DNA of 57,753 nucleotides from Candidatus Uhrbacteria bacterium (GTDB lineage Bacteria; Patescibacteriota; Patescibacteriia; UBA9934; CAZDDW01): contig JBDRNK010000015.1 in assembly GCA_043811105.1 (NCBI GenBank), positions 1 through 57,753 of the forward strand, written 5' to 3'. Positions 1-8,870 of this stretch are shown in pieces. The notes under the pieces are model-generated. The model did no database searches and was not told the origin of the DNA. It saw nothing but the letters and a program-made list of their open reading frames with translations. The translations under genes were made by a program, and so were the position numbers. The stretch's first letter is position 1, and every line of letters begins with the position of its first letter.

Positions 1-1472
1 TCCTTGACCTGCGTCTGGTAACCGTCGGGCAGGCTCTGGATGAAAGCATCTATACAGGCCAGCTGTGCCGCATGTTTGATCTCGGCCATGGTCGCGTCCG
101 GTTTGCCAAAGGCGATGTTCTCAGCCACGGTCCCAGTGAACAGGTCCACAGTCTGTGAAACAAAGCCAATTTGGGCTCGGAAAGCAGTCAGGTCGATTTT
201 GCGGATATTCTGGCCATCGATCAGGATGCTCCCAGCATCGGCATCGAAAGCACGTAAGGCCAACTTGACCAAGGTGCTTTTTCCACCACCAGATGGACCA
301 ACAATAGCCAGCATCTTGCCAGGTTCAGCCGCGAAGCTGACTTGATGCAAGGCCTCTCGTCCCGAATCCGGATAGCCAAAGCTGACGTTCTCGAAGGTTA
401 TCGCACCACGCAGGCCGTCAACTGGAATCGGATCACTCGGAACTGAAATGTCTGTATGTGATTTTAACAGCTTGAACAGACGCGAGGCTCCTTCTTGCTG
501 CATGGCAATCCGCCCGTAGTGTTCAACAGCTTGGTTGATCGAACCGAGCAGCTGACCACATAGTGCAATCATTAGCAAAGGTGTGCCAATACTCGTTGTG
601 CCTTCACGCACCTGCCAGAGGCTGATGGCGATGACAACTAAGCTGGCCATGGTCCGGAGCATGCGTTGTTGCCAACTCATCCTGTGAAACTGATTTGCCT
701 CATTCCAAGAGGACTTGAGCAGTGACTCTTGGATCCGTCCAAACTTGTTGCGGATGTTTCGTTCTTGTCCGAACAGAAGCACGGTTGACATGTTAGCCAG
801 AATCTCGTGCAACAAGGATGTTGATTCCTCGTAGCTGTCGAGTTTGTTCTTTCGATCTCGATCTGTCTGTTGAACCGTGCGTTGAGTCAGCCAAGTACTG
901 ATTGGGATCAAAACCAGGAAGATCAGACCGACCCGCCACTCGAAGTAGAAGGCCATGGCTGTAATCAATGGAATGACCACCAACTGTGGGAGCAAGCTGT
1001 AGAAACCGAAATCGGTAATTGCACCGATTGCGTTCGTGCCCTCGTCGACCTGCTTGATGCTAGCCCCAGTCTTGCGATGTTGATGCCAGCCGATCGATTG
1101 TCTGAGCAGAATATCCAGACTGTGGTTTTGCAGCCAGAGATTCAACTTCAAGGTCAGACGCATCGAGGCCCTTCGGGACTTGAACTCGACACCGCCGATG
1201 ATCACGTTAGCACTGAGGAAGGTGACCAACACAACGGCAGCGCAGAGAGCAGTTGCCTGGGAGTCAGTGTCAACGAACTGACGTGCATAATCGAGCGGGA
1301 TGGCCCCGCTGTTCTCTGTACCAGCAAGGATTCCGATTAGATCGAAGATTGTCTTGTACAGAAATTGATTGAACAGTTGCACTAGCTGGGTCAGGATGAT
1401 CAAACCGAATGCGACAGCGATTAGAAATTTGAAAGGACGAACTAGCGCCCAGTACTGTTTCCAGAATTGCAC
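1..1472 (-). CDS. ABC exporter, fused transmembrane + ATP-binding protein (MsbA-like); C-terminal end lies beyond the window
   Basis: The minus strand is open from the window edge to GTG at 1472-1470, with GGAGGA 4 nt upstream. My translation gives a multi-helix TMD (QFWKQYWALVRPFKFLIAVAFGLIIL...) followed by Walker A 'FAAEPGKMLAIVGPSGGGKSTL' around 260-330. It is absent from the ORF track only because no stop lies inside the window. Confidence 0.85.
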   Translation of the reverse strand, partial: MQFWKQYWALVRPFKFLIAVAFGLIILTQLVQLFNQFLYKTIFDLIGILAGTENSGAIPLDYARQFVDTDSQATALCAAVVLVTFLSANVIIGGVEFKSRRASMRLTLKLNLWLQNHSLDILLRQSIGWHQHRKTGASIKQVDEGTNAIGAITDFGFYSLLPQLVVIPLITAMAFYFEWRVGLIFLVLIPISTWLTQRTVQQTDRDRKNKLDSYEESTSLLHEILANMSTVLLFGQERNIRNKFGRIQESLLKSSWNEANQFHRMSWQQRMLRTMASLVVIAISLWQVREGTTSIGTPLLMIALCGQLLGSINQAVEHYGRIAMQQEGASRLFKLLKSHTDISVPSDPIPVDGLRGAITFENVSFGYPDSGREALHQVSFAAEPGKMLAIVGPSGGGKSTLVKLALRAFDADAGSILIDGQNIRKIDLTAFRAQIGFVSQTVDLFTGTVAENIAFGKPDATMAEIKHAAQLACIDAFIQSLPDGYQTQVK

Positions 1473-1530
1473 AGGTTCCTCCGGTTTTGGTGTTTCGAAA
1501 TTGGTTTTCCAGATGTACCGAGAACGCTGA

Positions 1531-1559
1531 ATAATAGCATAAATTAGCACTTTTGTCAA
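1531..1559 (-). promoter_or_regulatory. sigma70-type promoter of the ABC exporter gene
   Basis: On the minus strand: TTGACA (1559-1554), 17 nt, TATTAT (1536-1531). A TAA stop lies just upstream in the gene frame, so the GTG at 1472 is the start. Confidence 0.6.
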
Positions 1560-1601
1560 TTATAGGGGTTGATGATTGGGCTAATTTTAGTTAAGATGTG
1601 T

Positions 1602-1657
1602 GGGAAAGACGCCTGTTAGGGCATCACTAAGATGACACCCTTACGGGTGTCGGTCCC
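1602..1657. repeat. REP doublet (forward + inverted copy)
   Basis: GGGAAAGACGCCTGTTAGGGCATC (1602-1625) and GACACCCTTACGGGTGTCGGTCCC (1634-1657). Same architecture as the REPs flanking the RAYT gene at 32004. Confidence 0.8.
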
Positions 1658-1661
1658 ACGC

Positions 1662-2570
1662 ATGTCTAAAATTGAAAACAATGGAATCTGGAAATTTGAA
1701 GGGGCTCAGGCCGGCCCTTGTATTGGTGTGCTCGGAGGAATTCATGGGAATGAGTTAACCGGGATTGAAGTGGTCAAGCGTTTACGAGATCAATTTGAAT
1801 CTGGGATATTACAATTACAGGCTGGCACGTTGTATCTGATTTTAGGAAACCTAGAAGCCATTGAAAAAAATCAACGGGCCACTGCAATTGAAAATGATCT
1901 GAATAGAATGTTCTCGGAAACGAATTTATCTGGTCAAGGACGTGATTGTTACGAAGCTGAACGGGCACGTGAATTGGCACCGATCTTACGTCAGCTAGAT
2001 ATCAGTCTTGATTTACATGCCACCAATAAACCTAGTGATCCGTTTTTGTGTGTTGTCCATGATCCGCCAGGGACAAGAGAGATTATGTCTTTCTTTTCCG
2101 CTGACCAGGTGATCACAGATCCAAATTATATTTTAGCCGGTGAGCCGGCAACTACAGATGAGCTAGTCTTTTCTTCCGGTGGTCTTGGATTGTGTTATGA
2201 AACCGGTTGGGCAAAAGATACTAGTCGCGCTGATCAGGTGTTAGAGAATGTTTTGAATATTTTGTCTTCGAAGGGAATGACAAGTGGAAGCTTGTCATCT
2301 GTTCCTGAGTTTGATAAAACCGTTTACGAAATAACCAAGCGGATTAATCTAACCGAAGCCGGCTGGAGTTTTGCTGATAATTTCGGACAAAAAAATTTTG
2401 AACCGTTTGAATCTGGTCAAACAATTGGATATCATGGTGAAGATCCAGAAACGCCAGACTATGATGGAGTAACCGTATTTCCAAAAATAAAAGAGCATTG
2501 GAAAATTGGCTTCCCAGTTTGCTTTCTGGCTAAAGAAAATCAAGACGGGGCTAAAGCCCCTGGGAAATAA
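1662..2570 (+). CDS. succinylglutamate desuccinylase/aspartoacylase (AstE/AspA, M14-like) family protein
   Basis: Motifs 'GVLGGIHGNELTG' and 'LDLHAT' are typical of the family. I moved the start from 1632 to ATG 1662 because 1632-1657 is a REP copy. Confidence 0.75.
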   Translation: MSKIENNGIWKFEGAQAGPCIGVLGGIHGNELTGIEVVKRLRDQFESGILQLQAGTLYLILGNLEAIEKNQRATAIENDLNRMFSETNLSGQGRDCYEAERARELAPILRQLDISLDLHATNKPSDPFLCVVHDPPGTREIMSFFSADQVITDPNYILAGEPATTDELVFSSGGLGLCYETGWAKDTSRADQVLENVLNILSSKGMTSGSLSSVPEFDKTVYEITKRINLTEAGWSFADNFGQKNFEPFESGQTIGYHGEDPETPDYDGVTVFPKIKEHWKIGFPVCFLAKENQDGAKAPGK

Positions 2571-2607
2571 AAGGCCACGTTCGAGAGAGCGTGGCTATTT
2601 TGTATTT
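2570..2607. terminator. bidirectional intrinsic terminator
   Basis: GCCACG (2574-2579) pairs with CGTGGC (2590-2595), with T-runs on both strands. It sits between convergent genes. Confidence 0.55.
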
Positions 2608-3098
2608 GATCCGTCTGATCGTTGTTGGGGTTCGATACCGACACGAACAACAGTCGTTTCCTTTGTCTTAGCCAACAGATGAAATCCGATTTGTTGGTCT
2701 TGAGTTGGTTGATTTTGGAAGGTGCTTGAGTCGATCGTTGGAAAGCTCATTGCTGGGCGAAGGCTTGAACGAGCCTGTTCGACCAGAATCAGGTTTCCAA
2801 TCGGTTGTATATCTAGTTCGTTTATCTGTTCGATTTCAACCTGAATCGACTCGACTTGTTCAGTTGCCAGTAGTTCCAGCCAGCATTCACCATTGTCATC
2901 AAGAACTAGTTCTAGATACCTTGGTTCAGAGCCGATCTGTTCGGTATTGAATTTTGGTTGTTCACTAAATGTTGATGGTGGTTGGCACTTGATCTGTTCA
3001 AATTCAGGAATGAACAGAGCCTGACATCCATAGATGCTAAAGCAGACGAACATGTAGCTAGAAAACGCGATGGCAGTGGTACGTATTAACTCTTGCAC
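2595..3098 (-). CDS. hypothetical membrane-anchored protein (GC-rich cassette class)
   Basis: ORF-track frame. I moved the start to GTG 3098, preceded by AGGAGG at 6 nt. N-terminal hydrophobic helix 'TAIAFSSYMFVCFSIYG'. Confidence 0.6.
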   Translation of the reverse strand: MQELIRTTAIAFSSYMFVCFSIYGCQALFIPEFEQIKCQPPSTFSEQPKFNTEQIGSEPRYLELVLDDNGECWLELLATEQVESIQVEIEQINELDIQPIGNLILVEQARSSLRPAMSFPTIDSSTFQNQPTQDQQIGFHLLAKTKETTVVRVGIEPQQRSDGSNTK

Positions 3099-3118
3099 AG
3101 CTTTCCTCCTGGTCAAAG

Positions 3119-3147
3119 AGGATAATACAAAAACAGCGTCGTGTCAA
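3119..3147 (-). promoter_or_regulatory. promoter of 2595-3098
   Basis: Minus strand: TTGACA (3147-3142), N17, TATCCT (3124-3119). It lies directly after a hairpin+T-run that ends the upstream gene 3192-3530. Confidence 0.5.
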
Positions 3148-3191
3148 TTAAAAAGGCCATGCTCAGATGAGTATGGCTGTTTTGTGTCTGG

Positions 3192-3530
3192 CTAAAGGGC
3201 AATCTTCCTGGTCAGGCAGAGAATTGAGAACCACTTCGGGACAACTGGGTTTTTGAAAATGCGATACATCAGCTGGCAGGTGGCCACTTCGGCTTGTTCT
3301 GGCCTGAGTTCCAGACACAGGGTAGCAAAGGCATCGCCCAGAGTCGGATTGAATTCGATTTTGCGTCCAACGATCTGGATCTGATCGAACAGCTCGTCCG
3401 GCAGGTTGAAACCGGGCATGCCGTCTTTTTGACGTTGCCTGAGCATCAACAGAAATGCCTGACGCACCGGTTGTTCCCATCCATTCAGATCAGCTTCGTC
3501 TAGTCCTTTGTTGTCTGATGCAGTGGTCAT
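3192..3530 (-). CDS. hypothetical protein (GC-rich cassette class)
   Basis: 112-aa ORF with 'GGGAGAAGACC' immediately before the ATG. Hairpin GCCAT..ATGGC plus T-run downstream. Confidence 0.6.
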   Translation of the reverse strand: MTTASDNKGLDEADLNGWEQPVRQAFLLMLRQRQKDGMPGFNLPDELFDQIQIVGRKIEFNPTLGDAFATLCLELRPEQAEVATCQLMYRIFKNPVVPKWFSILCLTRKIAL

Positions 3531-3559
3531 GGTCTTCTCCCTTGCAGTCCTGTTTTAGT

Positions 3560-4111
3560 TCACTCAAGCAACCATTCGGCGCAGTCCCAGGGTTTGAGAT
3601 AGAAAGTGATCAAGGCTTCGGCATAGCCACGACCAGGTGGGTCTTTGATCCAACCCTGGTCCAAACGAGTTTGCAAAATCTTACACAAGGTTTCCATCTT
3701 GACATCAGAAGAGCGAATGATCTCATGTGTTGCCCGGTTGAAGCGAAGGTGCCAGCTATGCATCCAGCGATTGTGATCATCTTGATCAGCACACTTACAC
3801 ACCAGGCACGAGCCTACAGTTGCATCTTGATCAGGAATATTCTGATCAGACGACACCCGAATATTTCCATCCAACAGCCACTTAACCATGATCAAAGCTT
3901 GGCGTTGCTCAGCATAGCCTTGCAGTTTGGTCAGTGCATTGATCGCCTGGGAAATATCTTTGGTGTTTTTTTCATGGACTGAAAGCGTTCGAGCCGTCCC
4001 ACTTCCAGGATACATTCTAGCTGTTCGTCTTTGACCGCGCGATGGTGGACGCACAGTCATGCCGTGGAACTGATTTTGAATCAAGGTCAGAGTCGGTGTT
4101 CGTTTTGACAT
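3560..4111 (-). CDS. hypothetical protein (GC-rich cassette class)
   Basis: 183-aa ORF with GGAGAC 7 nt before the ATG and TTGACT/TTGACG -35-like boxes upstream (about 4150-4165). I preferred it over the antisense + ORF 3455-3982, which lacks signals and has an odd Cys/Leu-rich composition. Confidence 0.6.
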   Translation of the reverse strand: MSKRTPTLTLIQNQFHGMTVRPPSRGQRRTARMYPGSGTARTLSVHEKNTKDISQAINALTKLQGYAEQRQALIMVKWLLDGNIRVSSDQNIPDQDATVGSCLVCKCADQDDHNRWMHSWHLRFNRATHEIIRSSDVKMETLCKILQTRLDQGWIKDPPGRGYAEALITFYLKPWDCAEWLLE

Positions 4112-4210
4112 TGTTTGTCTCCAAGGTACAAGATTGCAGAGTACTACTAAATCAGCTTTTCGTCAAGTCAATAGTGTCTAAATCAGATTTTTGGTATACT
4201 TGAATAACAT

Positions 4211-7200
4211 ATGACTCATGGTCAAATAAATAAAATAACCAGGATTCTGATCTTAGGACTGATTTTTGTATTTTGTTATTTTTTGTTTATAGTATTGTCT
4301 AGCGCTTTAACTCCTGCCGCTGATTATTCTGTTAATGACTTAGGAGATGGACAAGATAATTTGGCTGGCGATGGAATTTGTGCCACAGCTGAGGGGGTCT
4401 GTACTTTGCGTGCAGCGATTCAGGAGGCCAACGCTACCATAGGTGCAGAGGTGATTGATTTTGCCGGAATTGATACAACCACGCAGCAAACAATCGGTGT
4501 GATCTCGGATCTACCAAACATAAATGAGCAAGTTACAATTACAGCTGAAGAACAATGGGAGGTTGCAGGTAATCGTCCGGGAATTATATTAACAACCTCG
4601 GCCGGAGCAACTAAAGGTTTTTCAATTGCTGATTCAGCGGATGGAACTAGAATCAGTGGATTGAAAATTCAAGGTTTTTCACAATATGGAATTTATACAG
4701 CTGCTGAAAATGGTTTGTTGGGTATGGATTGTATAGGATCACCGGACGCAAATCAGCGGAATGTTGTGGTTGGTAATTTGGTTGCCGGTATATATCTTGG
4801 TCAGGCTGATAATAATATTATTGCCGGAAACTGGATAGGATTGGATGATGATGGAACAACTTCAAGCCCTAATGGTGGAGGCACTTTGACTCACGCTTAT
4901 GTTGATTTGAATCTTAATAGTTCTGATAACAATGTTATTGGTTATGAGGATGGTGATGATTTTCCGGCTTTTGTTTGTACTGCAGAACAGGCTCGAAATG
5001 TGATTGGCGTTGGTGCATATAATGCAATAAATATTGAAAACAGCTCAACCAAGAATAAGTTTTCCGGAAATTATGTGAATGTTTTACCGGACGGTAGCAA
5101 TTCTGTAGCTTATTCTGCTCGCTGGGGTGTTTTCTTGTTTGAAGCCAGTTATAATTGGATCGGTACAGATGGTGATGGTTCAAATGATGATTTGGAAGGT
5201 AATGTTTTTGGTCCTTTTGCTCTAGGCGGGGTTTATGGAAACAGTAATGGAGCGACTTTTTCCGGAAATCGAATTTCCGGAAATATTTTTGGTGGTGATC
5301 CAACCGGAACTTCGGATTTGTACACAGGGGGCAATGCTGAAGTCGGTATTCGTTTAAGTAATGATGCCCAGAATCATATCATCGGTTTTTGTGATAACAA
5401 TGAGGACGGTTTAATTGGTGATGTTGATATGTGTAGCAACGGTGGAATTGTTGCAGATCAGGCAAATTATTTTATCGGTTTAGCTGGGACTACCGGTGGA
5501 ACCTCAAATGGTGTCATTTTGAGCATTTGGAAAAACAACACCAATAACTATGTTTATGGTAATTACTTTGGTGTAGGAACCGACAGTTCTGCAATCGGGA
5601 ACCATTATGGTATTTCTCTTTTTTATAATCTGTTTGGAACCGGCAACTACTTTACTGTCGGAGATCAAGGAGATCGAGCAAACATTTTCATGAATAATCA
5701 GGTTGGTGTAAATATTGAAAACTCAACTGCTGATGCGGCTCTAATGCAATATGTTAAGGTTCAGTATAATACAATTTCTGAAAACATATCGCACGGTGTT
5801 CAGGTTGTGCGTGGAAAACAAGCTCAGACCGTTGATTCCGCGCATGATATCTTAATCGAAAACAACACGATTACTGACAATGGCGGTTCCGGGGTGTATC
5901 TGAGTGGTAGTACTGCCGATATTATCAATAATACAATCACCGGAAATACCGAATATGGAATCTACGCTGTTAGTACATACGATAATCTGGTATCTACTTA
6001 TGGAAAACAGACTGCGCTTGGTGTGGCATCTGATCTTGTACCGGAACCGTTTAATATAGGGGGCAGTGGCTTAGAGAATACTATTTCCGGAAATCTGCTT
6101 GGCGGAATCTATTTTATGGACACTGAGCCGTCTGATCCGGAGACATTGTACACAAACAATATCTTTGCAGACAATAATTCAGGGCCAGCTATTCGTACAG
6201 CTTGGTGGGGAGCCGTTGAATTGCTTGATACAAGTTTAGATCCAGTAATTCTTGGTTCACATACTATTACTTTAACCCCAGACACCGGTTCAGCCTCGAC
6301 AGGGGCCGTAGCTGATACCGGCGAGTTTGTTGGTGAAAATGATACTGAAAGTGCTTGGGGATCTGATGGTTTTGATTATGATGATCAAACGACATGGTTT
6401 ACTTTGGTTGATTATGAATATGCCACAGATGGTATTTTAACCAATTATAATCCATATACGATTTCGGTTAGCGGTGATAATGCCAACGATGATGTTGTTG
6501 CCAGCTTTATTTTTGATGGTAGCGGTTCAGATATCAGTCAAGGTGGATTACCAGTAGGAATTTCTACAGGATCAGGAATCTATCGTTATCAAATAGCCGA
6601 AGCAGTGGTTTCTTCAATTCCTGATCAGCCAATCAATTTATTGCCAAACAATGGAAAAATAAATGAAGTAACGGTTCCAACTCTTTCCACTTCCGCTTTT
6701 TCCGATAGCTCAGAAACACACAGTTCTACTGCTTGGCGAGTTTATTCAAGCGAAGCGCTTTGTCAAGCGGGTGGAACAGGAGACTTTTATGATTCAGGGT
6801 TCATCTCTGATTTGACTTCGCATCAAGTAACCAGTTATTTGTTGCGAGCCCAAGATTTATGGTGGTCAGTGCAATATAAAAATTCATACGGCAATCTTTC
6901 CACGGCTTCAACTTGTACCTCCTTTAGGATTAGAGCCGGGTCAAATACACCGGTACAGTCAAATACCGGGGAATTTTTGGATGAAGAAAGCCTGCAGGAA
7001 GTGATGGAAGATGTGGAGATAATTGAGGTGAACGGAGAAGATACTGATGAAATTACGATTGATATCGAACCAGAACCCCAGCCAGAATTAAAAGAAGAAT
7101 CAATATTAAGTTTCACTTCCGGCAAATATGTAACTAATCAAGATTATTCTGTGGTATATTATCAAAGTCAAGACAATATTTTGTATCCTTTTTATGATCT

Positions 7201-7567
7201 TACAATTTTTTTCACCTGGGCGAACAAGGATACTTTGATTACTGTTTTGCCAAACAATATCTTACAGACAATGCCTGTTGCCAGTTGGATGTTGCCAAAA
7301 CCGGGTGTGGTATGGGTAAAGACTACAAGTAGTGCCAATGTGTATACTATTCAAGAAAATTCAGATGACCCATTTCATCCGATTTTACGTTGGATCAGTT
7401 CCGAATCTGTGGCCATGAATTTGCTTGGTTCGGAATGGGCTGATTATATAATTGATATACCCTTTCGTTTGTTAAAACATTTTATTTCCGGTGACGTTGT
7501 TGATCAAACCAATGACCATCAGATAAATATTGAAAATTTGAAAAAACGTGAAGAATTAATTCCTTAG
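4211..7567 (+). CDS. large secreted/surface protein with right-handed parallel beta-helix (NosD/CASH-like) repeats
   Basis: 1118 aa with an N-terminal TM/signal anchor. Repeated 'ITDNGGSGVYLSGS..INNTITGNTEYGIYA' type beta-helix turns. Extended -10 TGGTATACT (4192-4200) lies 10 nt before the ATG, and there is no SD. Confidence 0.75.
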   Translation: MTHGQINKITRILILGLIFVFCYFLFIVLSSALTPAADYSVNDLGDGQDNLAGDGICATAEGVCTLRAAIQEANATIGAEVIDFAGIDTTTQQTIGVISDLPNINEQVTITAEEQWEVAGNRPGIILTTSAGATKGFSIADSADGTRISGLKIQGFSQYGIYTAAENGLLGMDCIGSPDANQRNVVVGNLVAGIYLGQADNNIIAGNWIGLDDDGTTSSPNGGGTLTHAYVDLNLNSSDNNVIGYEDGDDFPAFVCTAEQARNVIGVGAYNAINIENSSTKNKFSGNYVNVLPDGSNSVAYSARWGVFLFEASYNWIGTDGDGSNDDLEGNVFGPFALGGVYGNSNGATFSGNRISGNIFGGDPTGTSDLYTGGNAEVGIRLSNDAQNHIIGFCDNNEDGLIGDVDMCSNGGIVADQANYFIGLAGTTGGTSNGVILSIWKNNTNNYVYGNYFGVGTDSSAIGNHYGISLFYNLFGTGNYFTVGDQGDRANIFMNNQVGVNIENSTADAALMQYVKVQYNTISENISHGVQVVRGKQAQTVDSAHDILIENNTITDNGGSGVYLSGSTADIINNTITGNTEYGIYAVSTYDNLVSTYGKQTALGVASDLVPEPFNIGGSGLENTISGNLLGGIYFMDTEPSDPETLYTNNIFADNNSGPAIRTAWWGAVELLDTSLDPVILGSHTITLTPDTGSASTGAVADTGEFVGENDTESAWGSDGFDYDDQTTWFTLVDYEYATDGILTNYNPYTISVSGDNANDDVVASFIFDGSGSDISQGGLPVGISTGSGIYRYQIAEAVVSSIPDQPINLLPNNGKINEVTVPTLSTSAFSDSSETHSSTAWRVYSSEALCQAGGTGDFYDSGFISDLTSHQVTSYLLRAQDLWWSVQYKNSYGNLSTASTCTSFRIRAGSNTPVQSNTGEFLDEESLQEVMEDVEIIEVNGEDTDEITIDIEPEPQPELKEESILSFTSGKYVTNQDYSVVYYQSQDNILYPFYDLTIFFTWANKDTLITVLPNNILQTMPVASWMLPKPGVVWVKTTSSANVYTIQENSDDPFHPILRWISSESVAMNLLGSEWADYIIDIPFRLLKHFISGDVVDQTNDHQINIENLKKREELIP

Positions 7568-7571
7568 AAAT

Positions 7572-7916
7572 ATGCAATATATAATTATTTGGTTACCGCG
7601 AATTTTATCTGTGATTATGACTGTTCTTGTGTTTATGTTTGCTGAAGAAGCAGTAGCTGTTGACGGCGGTTCCTGGCTTTTACCCCTAGTTGCTGCTTTG
7701 CCTGGCTTGGTAATTTTAATTGCCACGGTTATTGCCTGGATTCGACCGTTTTTTGGTGGGGTTGTTTTTCTTGCTTTAGGCTTAAGCTATGCTTATCAAG
7801 CTTATCTTCAATCTGGTATGGATAATTCCACAGCCATGGTTGTGATGGTTGGAGTACCGATACTGGCCGGGATTTTGTTCTTGTTGCAGAAAGCAAATTC
7901 CAACTATTGCCAATAA
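7572..7916 (+). CDS. small integral membrane protein
   Basis: 114 aa, about 4 hydrophobic helices. It starts 4 nt after the stop of the upstream gene. Confidence 0.6.
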   Translation: MQYIIIWLPRILSVIMTVLVFMFAEEAVAVDGGSWLLPLVAALPGLVILIATVIAWIRPFFGGVVFLALGLSYAYQAYLQSGMDNSTAMVVMVGVPILAGILFLLQKANSNYCQ

Positions 7917-7996
7917 TCTGTTTTGATGCTAGGTTGAGTTATAGTGTTTTGTAAATTCAAACAAAACTACTCCTTAATGGAGAATGGAGGAGAGAG

Positions 7997-8755
7997 ATGA
8001 GGTTGTTCTTTTTGTTCACAAGCATGATTCTGGTTGTGGGGCTGGTTGTTCCAGTTCTGGCACAGGATGATGAAGATGAAAAGCGTCGAGATCACCTGGT
8101 GATCAGGATCGGTCAGGGTGGAGAGGTCGAACAGCTCGACGTCATCCTTCCTACAGCCACACCGCGACAGGTTCAGCGGACAATGGCCCAGCTGTTGGCC
8201 TACATGGCGTGTATGGACAACGGCGGTGAAGCCGGGTTCTGTTCAGCTCAGGCTGACTCGACCCTGACTCGCTCGCATCTTGAAATTACCACTGGTAGTC
8301 CAGTCTACGGAGGACCTTATCCAGCCGTGCCAGGTTACAGTCCAGGCTATGTTCCGGATACGAGTATCAATAATCCATTCAATATCCAACATGGATACTC
8401 GCGAACCGAGGAAGAGCTGTATCAGCAGTATGAATACAATCAGGCCCAACGTGAGGAAATGGAACGAGTTCGTGCTCGTGCAGTCGAAGATGCTCAGGTT
8501 GACATTCTGCGTGAGGTCGTCAGCGGTCAGGCCGTGCTCGAAGAGCGCGTTCAGGCCACAGATCAGCGGTTGGATCAAGCCGATCAACGACTTGAAGCGG
8601 TTGCCGGTCAAATTCACGAAACCACAGTCGGGTTAAGTGAAACTTTGCGAGAATTGGATGAAACCAGGGATGTTACTGAGGATGTGATCGAGGGTCAGCA
8701 GACCCAGATTGACCTGCTTCAGGAAGAACAGCAAAAGAAAAAGAAGAGGGAGTAG
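7997..8755 (+). CDS. secreted coiled-coil protein (GC-rich cassette class)
   Basis: Signal peptide 'MRLFFLFTSMILVVGLVVPVLAQ', an acidic/Gln-rich heptad C-terminal half, GGAGGAGAGAG directly before the ATG, and its own terminator. Confidence 0.65.
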   Translation: MRLFFLFTSMILVVGLVVPVLAQDDEDEKRRDHLVIRIGQGGEVEQLDVILPTATPRQVQRTMAQLLAYMACMDNGGEAGFCSAQADSTLTRSHLEITTGSPVYGGPYPAVPGYSPGYVPDTSINNPFNIQHGYSRTEEELYQQYEYNQAQREEMERVRARAVEDAQVDILREVVSGQAVLEERVQATDQRLDQADQRLEAVAGQIHETTVGLSETLRELDETRDVTEDVIEGQQTQIDLLQEEQQKKKKRE

Positions 8756-8759
8756 TCAA

Positions 8760-8796
8760 AGTACCTTGCCATGCGGGTAAGGTACTCTTTTTTTTG
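8760..8796 (+). terminator. intrinsic terminator
   Basis: AGTACCTT (8760-8767) pairs with AAGGTACT (8779-8786), followed by a T-run. Confidence 0.7.
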
Positions 8797-8836
8797 TAAA
8801 TTATGCTTAAAAAGTAGATTTTCCACTACCACTGGG

Positions 8837-8870
8837 TTGACAGAAAGAAATTACCAACCTTTAAGGTTGG
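8837..8870 (+). promoter_or_regulatory. promoter-like site overlapped by a 17-bp palindrome
   Basis: TTGACA (8837-8842), N17, TTTAAG (8860-8865). The perfect palindrome CCAACCTTTAAGGTTGG (8854-8870) covers the -10 region. Confidence 0.45.

Noticed and set aside
40-1340. + strand ORFs 40-345 and 870-1340
   Set aside because: They lie antisense to a continuous minus-strand frame that encodes a recognisable ABC exporter (TMD + Walker A). They have no start signals and low-complexity composition.
3455-3982. + strand 175-aa ORF
   Set aside because: It is antisense to 3560-4111, which has an SD, a promoter-like box and a more protein-like composition. The + ORF is Cys/Leu/Ser-rich and lacks signals.
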